This document shows, in pieces, positions 1-7,679 of a stretch of 31,784 bases of DNA. The number at the start of each line of letters is the position of its first letter. Position 1 is the first letter of the stretch. The notes below the pieces were generated by a model that worked only from the letters and a program-made list of their open reading frames with translations, searched no databases and was not told the DNA's origin. Both the position numbers and the translations under genes were made by a program. Location of the stretch: the NCBI GenBank assembly GCA_041496385.1, contig JBGQEL010000043.1:1-31784 (forward strand), given 5' to 3'. The DNA comes from Candidatus Methylomirabilia bacterium. GTDB taxonomy: Bacteria > Methylomirabilota > Methylomirabilia > Rokubacteriales > CSP1-6.

Positions 1-1
1 C

Positions 2-223
2 CCCGACGCGAGCAGCCTCGGGACCTTCCTGCGGTTCATCCGCAACACCGATCCCGGCAGCAACGCGGGGATTCCCGGGCTGACGATCCCCGCGGGACTC
101 GGGCCCACGACGGGGCTGCCGGTCGGCCTCTCGCTCGACGGCCCGCGCGGCAGCGACCAGCGCCTGCTCGCCATCGGCACCGCGATCGAAAACCTCCTCG
201 GCCGCACGCCGCCGCCGCGGTAG
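2..223 (+). CDS. Amidase-signature family protein, C-terminal fragment (indoleacetamide hydrolase-like); 5' end outside the window
   Basis: Frame 2 reads ...FIRNTDPGSNAGIPGLTIPAGLGPTTGLPVGLSLDGPRGSDQRLLAIGTAIE..., the typical amidase C-terminus (GLPVG...G...D..LL); TAG at 221-223. Confidence 0.85.
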   Translation, partial: PDASSLGTFLRFIRNTDPGSNAGIPGLTIPAGLGPTTGLPVGLSLDGPRGSDQRLLAIGTAIENLLGRTPPPR

Positions 224-235
224 GTAGCGGCGCCG

Positions 236-396
236 GCGGCCGGGGCCGGCGGGGTCGGGCAGGGGTCGGCAGGACCACGCGGGCTGCGTGCGCTGCCCCG
301 AAGCGGCTGGGCTCCATCCGGGCGCGTGTGGCCCGCCGACACGCGGGCGGGAACGGGTCCTCTCGACCCCTGCCCGACCCCGCCGGCCCCGGCCGC
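236..396. repeat. Perfect 33-bp inverted repeat (236-268 / 364-396) around a 95-bp spacer; MITE/REP-like element or large hairpin between convergent genes
   Basis: GCGGCCGGGGCCGGCGGGGTCGGGCAGGGGTCG at 236-268 is the exact reverse complement of 364-396. Confidence 0.9.
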
Positions 397-451
397 GGCG
401 ACGTTGGCTCGCGCGCCGGGCCGCGCCGAGCCGGCCAGCGCGTGCGTAGCG

Positions 452-1894
452 CAAAGGGGTGCCGATGATCTTCGCGGCTTCGCCGGAGAGGCGAACGAAG
501 TGCAGACCCGTGCAGGCGCGGTCCGCGAGGAAGACGAGTCCGCGCTCGTCGGCCTCGACGTTGTTCGTCTGGATCGCGACGCGGCAAGTGCGCGTGCCGT
601 TCGTCACGCAGCGCTCGGCGGTCCGCTCCGTCGTCGCGGGAATGTAGAACGCGGCCTCGCGCGGCGCATAGGGATCACGGATGTCCACGGCCCGCACGCC
701 GCCGTTAAAGTAGGCGATGAACACGAGCTTCTTGTAGAAGATCGGCGCGAACGACTCGCTGCTCGAGTGCGGGCCGAAGCGGCCGCCCCGGCGACAGAAG
801 TTGCCCTTGGACTCGGGGACCTGGAACGTGGCCACCGAGAACGGCTTCGTCTCCGTGGAGACGTCGACCATGAACGTGGCGTGCCGCGCCTCGCGGCACT
901 CGTTGGCGATGGACTCGGAGACGAGCACCACGAAATCGCGCACGCGCTCCTTGGTGTTCGCCGCCCAGTCGGCGATCGTCACGCCCAGCACGGGAAACGC
1001 CGTGTGGCCGCCCCAGTTGGGTGACATGTAGAGCCGGCTGATCTCGGGATAGTTGAGGTTCGCCGCGGTCGGCTCCCGGGGGCCGGTGAGCAGCTTCTGC
1101 CGGTCGAGGATCTGGAGCGCGCCCTCGGCGCTCGTGCCGTAGGCGAAGTACACGCGGTTGCCGAGGACGATCGGCCCGTGCGCGCCGTGGGCGACGGTGA
1201 TGGGCCCCCGCGATCCGGGCTCCTGGCCGGCCAGGCCGAAGTCGCGGATGAACACGGGCTTCGCGGGATCGCTGAGGTCGTAGATCTTCGTCATGCGCCA
1301 CGTGCGCCACCCCGAGGGGCCGAGCTGGAGCGGATCCGCCTTGACGAGGTCGCCCGAGATCAGGTAGGCGATCCCGGTGTCGCATTCCCACCAGTTCTTG
1401 TGCGTCGCGGTCAGCCCGGAGACCACCGTGCTCGTCTTCTGGGGCCTGGCCGGATCGGTGACGTCCCAGAGCTCGTGGCCCGAGTTGGGTACCGAGTTGC
1501 CGATCGTTCGCAACAGGTACGTCTTCCCCTGCCGGTCGCAGACGCGCGCCATCTGCGCGCCGCCCTGCTCGGCCCCGCCGGGCATCCCGGGGATGTGGGC
1601 GAGATAGCGCGGCCGCGCCGGGTCGGTGACGTCGACGATCGACGTCCCGTTGTCCTCGTCGGTGCCGGTCAGCGGGTTGCGCGCGCGCCCGCCGTGGTGG
1701 CCGACGTAGGCGATGACGCGCCCGCGCTGCGTGTGGATCGTCGGCTGGTAGGCCGAGCGGCCCTGGAGGTCGTCGTGGCCGACCAGCTCCATGTCGTGGG
1801 CCTCGGCGCCGTGCCCGCGCTGGGGCGTCTGGGCGGACGCGGGCGCGGCGGCCACGAGCGACACGAGAACGAGACCGAGGATGATCGAGGTCAT
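452..1894 (-). CDS. Secreted LVIVD-repeat / beta-propeller protein (~480 aa); no stop codon, so the frame stays open to the window edge
   Basis: ATG at 1894 overlaps the upstream TGA. Signal peptide MTSIILGLVLVSLVAAAPASAQ, then MELVGHDDLQGRSAYQP, GTSIVDVTDP, ELWDVTDP, YFNGGVRAVDIRDP, IQTNNVEADERGLVFLADRA. Absent from the ORF track because no in-frame stop occurs; TTG at 452-454 is one base from TAG, near where the domain ends. Confidence 0.85.
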
Positions 1895-2241
1895 GTCCCT
1901 TCTCCTTCTTCCCAGCGGAACCGTATCACGGCCAGCGCGCCGAACACGAGCGCGAAGCCGAGCAGCACGAGCGTCGGAAGGACGGCGCCGTCGAGCCCGA
2001 TGCCGCGGAGGCCGATCCGGCGCTTGCTCGGATCGGTGTCGCCCGCCAGACGGGCGCCGCCGATCAGCACGTCGCCCTGGTCGGGCGTCACGCGACCCGC
2101 GATCATCGACACCATGGTCGTCTTGCCGGCGCCGTTCGGGCCGAGCAGGCCCAGGAGCTGGCCCGGGCCCAGCTCGAACGACACGTCGTCGACGGCGACG
2201 AGATCGCCGAACGTCTTCCGGAGGTGGCTCACGGCAAGCAC
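1891..2241 (-). pseudogene. Deletion chimera: ABC ATPase N-terminus fused in frame to the last TM helix of an ABC-2 permease
   Basis: VLAVSHLRKTFGDLVAVDDVSF...LLGPNGAGKTT (Walker A)...KRRIGL then jumps to RGIGLDGAVLPTLVLLGFALVFGALAVIRFRWEE*. No Q-loop, signature motif or Walker B; junction near 2008. Confidence 0.85.
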
Positions 2242-2246
2242 AGGGG

Positions 2247-3440
2247 CTACCGCGCGACGCCGAACGCGGCAGCCTTCCAGGCCGGGTCCTCGGAGGCGTC
2301 GAGACGGTCGCGGACGCGGCGCAGGAGCTGACCCGCCGCCGTCTCGGCCCAGAACCACCGCGCGATCTCGTCGCCGCCGGCGGCCGGCTTCATCGCCAGG
2401 TGCCCTTCGAAGTAGAGCGTCTTCAGATCGTCGGCGCAGTAGCGGATGAAATTCGGCAGCGGCACGTCGGCCGGGCGCTCGCCCAGATCGGCGTCCTCGC
2501 CCGCGGCGAATGCCTGGAGGAAGCGCACGACGCCCCGGAACCGCGTGGCCGGGATGCCGGTGAGCCCCAGCGCCGTGCGCCCGCCGCTGCGCGCCAGCCA
2601 CTGCTCGTGATAACGACGCATCTGCGTCGTCTCCATCGCCGGGTCGTCCGGCATCGCGGCGGCCGGCGCGATCGCCGACGCCTGCGTCGGCGCCGCCGGC
2701 TGGTCGCCCGGCTCGGCGTCGTCGGGGAAGTCGCGCAGCACCGGCCCCGAGGGCTCGCCGAGAAGCGCGAGCGCGGCGCGCAGCACGCGGTGCTGCAGCT
2801 CGGGGTCGTCGGGGCGTCCGAGCGCGTGCCCGAAGGGAAACGGCACGAAGAGCGCGCGCGGCGGCTTCACCTTCAGGGTGTGCTCGCGCACCATGCTGAT
2901 CGACGTCGTGGCGACGCCCTGGGCCTCGAGCGCGCGGGCGAGCACACCGCCGGTGTGCGTGCAGAAAGGTCAGGTGGGTGTGACGAGCGCCGCGTCCACG
3001 CCCTCGTCGCGGAGCCGCCGGCCGACCTCCGGCCCGGTCTCGCGCTCGATGCGCCCGGCGTCGCGCTGGGCGCCCATGAACGAGTAGCTGCTGGGCGCGA
3101 GCCCGCCCAGCTCGCCCCGCGCGACCAGCTCGCGGAGCCGGTCGACCGGGAACGAGACGTTGACGTCCCGCATGATCGCCACGCGATCGAATCCGAGGCT
3201 CGTGTGGCTCTGGATGATCTCGGCCGTCGGCGTGGACGACGGGATCACGCGATAGCTCTGGTCCGCGGGGCCGAACGGCCGGTCGCCGCGACGGTGGAGG
3301 CCCGCCGTCGTCACGATCGCCAGCCGGCACGCCGGGAGCGGCTTCGCGAGCGGCGTGAACGGCGCTCCGTCGTTGACCTGCGCCGGAAAGGTGAGCAGGT
3401 TGTTGCGGTTGATCTGCGGCAGCCGGTCGAGTCGCGGCAT
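2247..3440 (-). CDS. Selenoprotein of the glycine/sarcosine/betaine/D-proline reductase selenoprotein B family (PrdB-like), 397 aa with Sec at TGA 2970-2972 and a C-terminal extension
   Basis: ORFs 2970..3440 and 2247..2945 share one frame and join as VDAALVTPT-U-PFC-THTGGVLARALEAQGVATTSI. Motifs LAIVTTAGLH, DVNVSFPVDRLREL, SFMG and PRALFVPFPFGHALG match PrdB/GrdB; U-x-x-C as in PrdB; hairpin 11 nt downstream of UGA. Confidence 0.88.
2942..2958 (-). promoter_or_regulatory. Bacterial SECIS-like stem-loop
   Basis: mRNA reads UGA-CCUUUCUGCAC (11 nt)-GCACACC-GGC-GGUGUGC: a 7-bp perfect stem with a G-containing apical loop, at the spacing known for bacterial SECIS elements. Confidence 0.8.
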
Positions 3441-3456
3441 CGCGAGGTGCCCTGGC

Positions 3457-4392
3457 TCAGCCGAGCGTCAGGACGGCCTTGCCCGGGAAGCGCCGGGCCA
3501 TGAGATCCTGCGCGACCTGCGCGATCTCCGTCCACGCGCGCTCGAGACTCACGTGGGGCGTGAGCTGTCCCGCCGCGACGAGGTCCGCGAGTCGCCCGAG
3601 CCCGAGGGACGCCGGCTCGTTCCCCAGCTCCTGGAAGAGATAGAAGCCGTAGAGCGTCGTCCGACCGGTGGCGAAGAACGTCCGCGTGTCGAACGTGACC
3701 TCGGCGGCGGCGGAGACGCCGAGCGTGACGCAGACGCCGCCGCGCTCGAGCGCGGCCAGCGCCGTCCCGAGCGTGCGCGCGCCCACGGAGTCGATGACGA
3801 GGTCGTACTTCGGCGACGCCGGGATCTCGTCGCCCACCACCACCTCGTGCGCGCCCAGCGCGCGCAGCGCCGGCGCCTGGTCGGCGCGCCGCGCGCTGGC
3901 CGTCACGTGCGCGCCGGCGAGCCGCGCGAGCTGCACGGCGAAATCGCCGACGCCGCCGGTGGCGCCGGTCACGAGCACGCGACGCCCCAGGAGCAGCCCG
4001 CCCTTGGCGAGCGCGTGGAGCGCGGTGAGCCCGGCCACCGGGAAGGTCGCGGCCTGGGCGAACGTCACCTTGTCGGGAAGCGTCGCGAGGGCGTGGGTCG
4101 ACACCGCCACCCGCTCGGCCCACGCGCCTTCGCCGAGGAGCCCGACCACGCGCGCGCCGACGCGGGGGCCCGAGCCGTCGGCGGCGACGCGCGCAACCTC
4201 GCCGGCCAGATCCCAGCCCGGGCGCCAGCCGGCCGGGGCCATGCCCGAGCGCCGCACCTCACCCCGGTTGAGCGAGATCGCGCGCACGCGCACGATCGCC
4301 TCGCCGCGATCGGGCACGGGCTCCGCGACCGGACGAATGACGAGCCGGCCCGGCGCTTCGGGATCGACGACGACGGCGCGATTGTCACTCAT
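3457..4392 (-). CDS. MDR superfamily zinc-binding dehydrogenase / NADPH:quinone oxidoreductase-like
   Basis: VRVRAISLNRGE, PGWDLAGEV, nucleotide-binding VLVTGATGGVG, C-terminal GKAVL. Confidence 0.9.
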   Translation of the reverse strand: MSDNRAVVVDPEAPGRLVIRPVAEPVPDRGEAIVRVRAISLNRGEVRRSGMAPAGWRPGWDLAGEVARVAADGSGPRVGARVVGLLGEGAWAERVAVSTHALATLPDKVTFAQAATFPVAGLTALHALAKGGLLLGRRVLVTGATGGVGDFAVQLARLAGAHVTASARRADQAPALRALGAHEVVVGDEIPASPKYDLVIDSVGARTLGTALAALERGGVCVTLGVSAAAEVTFDTRTFFATGRTTLYGFYLFQELGNEPASLGLGRLADLVAAGQLTPHVSLERAWTEIAQVAQDLMARRFPGKAVLTLG

Positions 4393-4395
4393 CGG

Positions 4396-5091
4396 TCAGG
4401 CCTCCATGGCGAATCGCACGGCGGCCTCCGCGAGGACCGCCGCCGGGTTGACGAGGTCTACGGCCTCGCTCTCCGCGCCGAGCAGGAGCGGAATCTCCGT
4501 GCAGCCGAGGATGCTGCCGTCCACACCGCTGGCGCGCAGGGCCGCGATCGCGCCGCGCGCGGCGTCGGTTTCCTTCGGGCCCTGGCGTCCTTCCAGGAGG
4601 GCTCGAATCGCCGCGTCGAGCGGCCGCTGCGCGTCCGGCCCGATCGTCTCGATGGCCACGCCCTGACCGCGAAGCCCGGCCAGGTAGACCGGGGGCGCCG
4701 CGTGAAAGCCGACCACGCCGACCCGTGCCCATCGCCGCCGCCGAACCTCGGCGAGCGTGGCGTCGATCATGCTGAGGACGGGGCGGCCGGCCGCCGTCTC
4801 GAGCGCGGCCTGGAAATTGTGGGCGGCGTTGCACGGGATCGCCAGGAAGTCCGCCCAGCGGCCCAGCTCCCGCGCGGCCTCGAGGAGCCCCGGATCCACC
4901 TCCATCGGCGTGAGGGGCTCGCCCTCGGGGGTGCAGCGCATGGGCAGGCGCCGGTGGTACCAGACGACCATCGGCGGATAGCCGGCGTTGCCGTCCTGAG
5001 GAATCAGGCGCTGCGAGACGGCGTGCACGCGCGCCTCGAAGTCGATCGTCGCCTGCGGGCCGATCCCGCCGAGAACGCCCATCCGTTTCAT
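4396..5091 (-). CDS. Aspartate/glutamate racemase family protein
   Basis: Start MKRMGVLGGIGPQATIDF (ATG at 5091, RBS GGAGG); both catalytic Cys motifs present (IPCNAAH, ILGCTEIPL). Confidence 0.92.
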   Translation of the reverse strand: MKRMGVLGGIGPQATIDFEARVHAVSQRLIPQDGNAGYPPMVVWYHRRLPMRCTPEGEPLTPMEVDPGLLEAARELGRWADFLAIPCNAAHNFQAALETAAGRPVLSMIDATLAEVRRRRWARVGVVGFHAAPPVYLAGLRGQGVAIETIGPDAQRPLDAAIRALLEGRQGPKETDAARGAIAALRASGVDGSILGCTEIPLLLGAESEAVDLVNPAAVLAEAAVRFAMEA

Positions 5092-5187
5092 GGCTCTCCC
5101 CTCCGCGTCTCCGGGCCTCGCGAGCGCGCCCCTGGAAGGGTAGCACGCCCTGCGGTATCCTCGGTCCGCGAGGAGGAGCGGACGACC

Positions 5188-5967
5188 ATGACTCTCGCAG
5201 AGCGCGTCGCGATCGTCACCGGAGCGGGCAACGGCATCGGCCGGGCGACCGCGCTGGCGCTGGCCCGGGCCGGCGCGCACGTGGCCGCGGTCGACGTCGA
5301 CGCCGGCGTCGCCCGCACCACCGCCGACGCCGTCGCGGCGCTCGGGCCCAAGAGCCTGGCGCTCGATATCGACGTCGGCGATCCGGCCGCCATCGACCGC
5401 ATGGTGGCCCGCGTCATGGCCACGTTCGGCCGGATCGACGTGCTGGTGAACAACGCGGGCGTCACGCGGCGCGCCTACATCATGGACCTCACCGAGGCGG
5501 ACTGGGACCGCATCATGCGCGTCAACGCCAAGGGCGTGTTCTTCTGCCTGCAGCGCGTCGCGCGCGAGATGATTCCGCGGCGGAGCGGCGTGATCGTCAA
5601 CATCGCCTCGATCGCCGGCAAGGGGTACGCGGGCACCTCGAACGCCATCTACGCCGCGAGCAAGGGCAGCGTGATCTCGCTCACCCGCACCGCCGCCCAG
5701 CAGCTCGCCCGCCACAACATCAACGTCAACGCCATCTGTCCCGGCACGACGGTCACCGCGCTCTCGGAGGACAACGTGGCCACCCGCGCGCGCGACGAGG
5801 GCGTTCCGGTGGAAGAGATGAAGCGCCGGCGGAACGCCGCGATCCCGCTCGGGCGGCCGAACGACCCCGAGGACGTCGCCGCGCTGGCGGTCTTCCTGGC
5901 GTCGCCGGGCGCGCGGAACATCACCGGCCAGTCGCTCAACGTCGACGGCGGCATCATCTTCGACTGA
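5188..5967 (+). CDS. SDR family NAD(P)-dependent oxidoreductase
   Basis: RBS AGGAGG; TGAGNGIG, VNNAG, YAASK catalytic motif, ITGQSLNVDGG. Confidence 0.93.
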   Translation: MTLAERVAIVTGAGNGIGRATALALARAGAHVAAVDVDAGVARTTADAVAALGPKSLALDIDVGDPAAIDRMVARVMATFGRIDVLVNNAGVTRRAYIMDLTEADWDRIMRVNAKGVFFCLQRVAREMIPRRSGVIVNIASIAGKGYAGTSNAIYAASKGSVISLTRTAAQQLARHNINVNAICPGTTVTALSEDNVATRARDEGVPVEEMKRRRNAAIPLGRPNDPEDVAALAVFLASPGARNITGQSLNVDGGIIFD

Positions 5968-6014
5968 TCCGGCCGCCGCGCGGCGCCCGGTCACCCTGTG
6001 AAGGAGGCTCAACG

Positions 6015-6863
6015 ATGAACGTCGGAATCTCGGTTCCCCTGCCCGCCTACCTCGTCGACGTCGGCCCCATGGCCCGGAAGGTGGAAGAGCTGGGCTTCGA
6101 GTCCTTCTGGTGCGCCGAGCACCCGTTCATCCCCGTCCACTCGAAGAGTCGCTTCCCGGGCTCCGAGGACGGCGTGATCCCCGAGAGCTACTCGCACTTC
6201 ATCGATCCGTTCATCGCGCTGGCGCGCGCCTCGGGCACGACGAGCCGCATCAAGCTCGGGACCGGGATCGTGCTCGTTCCCGAGCGACACCCCCTGCTGC
6301 TCGCCAAGGAGATCTCGACGCTCGACCTCTTCAGCGGCGGGCGCTTCCTCTTCGGGATCGGCGCGGGCTGGCTCCGCGAGGAGACCGAGATCATGGGCGG
6401 CGATTTCGACCACCGCTGGACGCAGGCGCGCGAGTCGATCCTCGCCATGAAGGAGCTGTGGACGAAGACCGAGGCCGAGTTCCACGGCAAGTACTACGAC
6501 TTCCCGCCGGTCCGGTCCTATCCCAAGCCGGCGCAGAAGCCGCACCCGCCGGTGATCCTCGGCGGGCACGCGAAGAGCGTGCTCCAGCGGGTCGTGGCCT
6601 GGGGCGACGGCTGGCTGCCGAACCGCATCACGCCCGCCGAGCTGCGCGAGAGCCGGGCGACGCTCGACCGCCTGGCGAAGGAGGCGGGGCGCGATCCCTC
6701 GGCCATCACCATCTCGGTGCACGGCCAGCCGGCCGACCGCGATCTGATCAAGAAGCTGCACGACGCGGGCGCCACGCGGGTCATCGTGCGGCCGCCGACG
6801 GTGAAGACGGACGCGGAGATGGCGTCGGCGCTCACGCGCATCGCCGAGGCCGTGCTGCGGTAG
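6015..6863 (+). CDS. LLM class (probably F420-dependent) oxidoreductase
   Basis: LGFESFWCAEH, DPFIALA, LDLFSGGRFLFGIGAGW, PKPAQKPHPPVILGG, WGDGWLP. Confidence 0.9.
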   Translation: MNVGISVPLPAYLVDVGPMARKVEELGFESFWCAEHPFIPVHSKSRFPGSEDGVIPESYSHFIDPFIALARASGTTSRIKLGTGIVLVPERHPLLLAKEISTLDLFSGGRFLFGIGAGWLREETEIMGGDFDHRWTQARESILAMKELWTKTEAEFHGKYYDFPPVRSYPKPAQKPHPPVILGGHAKSVLQRVVAWGDGWLPNRITPAELRESRATLDRLAKEAGRDPSAITISVHGQPADRDLIKKLHDAGATRVIVRPPTVKTDAEMASALTRIAEAVLR

Positions 6864-6890
6864 GCCGCCCGAGCGAGCGAGGAGTCCGCC

Positions 6891-7679
6891 ATGCCCGTCG
6901 TCTACGACAAGCGCGGTCCCGTCGGCGTCGTCACCCTCAGCCGTCCCCGGGCGCGCAACGCCTGGGGTGCCGACTTCAACGAGGGCATCGCCCGTCATTT
7001 CGCCGCCATGGAGGACGACGACGAGATCCGCTGCGCCGTCCTGACCGGGGACGAGGCCGGCGGCGCCTTCTCCGCCGGCGCGAATCTGAAAGATCCGAAG
7101 ACGCACACGCTGGCGTCGGCCGCGGAGCTGATCAAGAACATCCCGAAGCGGCGGGACCGCGCGTTCGAGATCCTCGGAAACTTCCCGAAGCCGCTCATCG
7201 GCGCCGTGAACGGCTACGCCGTCGGCATCGGCTGCATCGTGACGTTCTGCTGCGATCTGCTGATCGCGTCCGACCGGGCGGAGTGGCGCCTGCCCCAGGT
7301 GGCGCTGGGCATCCTGCCGGCCTACGGCGGCGCCGTCCGCCTGGCCCGGTGGGTCGGGCGCGGCCACGCGATGCGCCTGGCCCTCGGCATCCCGCTCGCG
7401 GCCGAGGAGGCGCATCGCATCGGCCTGGCCCAGTGGCTGGTGCCGCACGCCCGCCTCATGGACAAAGCGCTCGAAATCGCGGCGCAGGTCGCCTCCCTGC
7501 CGCCGCTCGCGGCGCGGCTCGCGAAGGAGTCGCTGCTCCGCGGCCTGGATATTCCGAACCTGTCCGACGCCTCGCTCGTCGATCTGTATCGCTTCGCGGC
7601 CCTCGAGCTCACGGAGGACAAGGCCGAGGGCCACGCGGCCTGGCGCGAGAAGCGCAAGCCCGTCTTCCGGGGCCGCTGA
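6891..7679 (+). CDS. Enoyl-CoA hydratase/isomerase (crotonase) family protein
   Basis: VVTLSRPRARNA, AFSAGANL, PKPLIGAVNGYAVGIG, C-terminal EDKAEGHAAWREKRKPVFRGR. Confidence 0.92.
   Translation: MPVVYDKRGPVGVVTLSRPRARNAWGADFNEGIARHFAAMEDDDEIRCAVLTGDEAGGAFSAGANLKDPKTHTLASAAELIKNIPKRRDRAFEILGNFPKPLIGAVNGYAVGIGCIVTFCCDLLIASDRAEWRLPQVALGILPAYGGAVRLARWVGRGHAMRLALGIPLAAEEAHRIGLAQWLVPHARLMDKALEIAAQVASLPPLAARLAKESLLRGLDIPNLSDASLVDLYRFAALELTEDKAEGHAAWREKRKPVFRGR

Noticed and set aside
3355..5187. Long N-terminal extension of the 870-aa ORF, and similar extensions on ORFs 4396..6012, 24852..27998, 28800..30410, 29213..31294 and 17078..18880
   Set aside because: These are antisense or off-frame shadows of real genes in GC-rich DNA; true starts with RBS or overlaps lie downstream.
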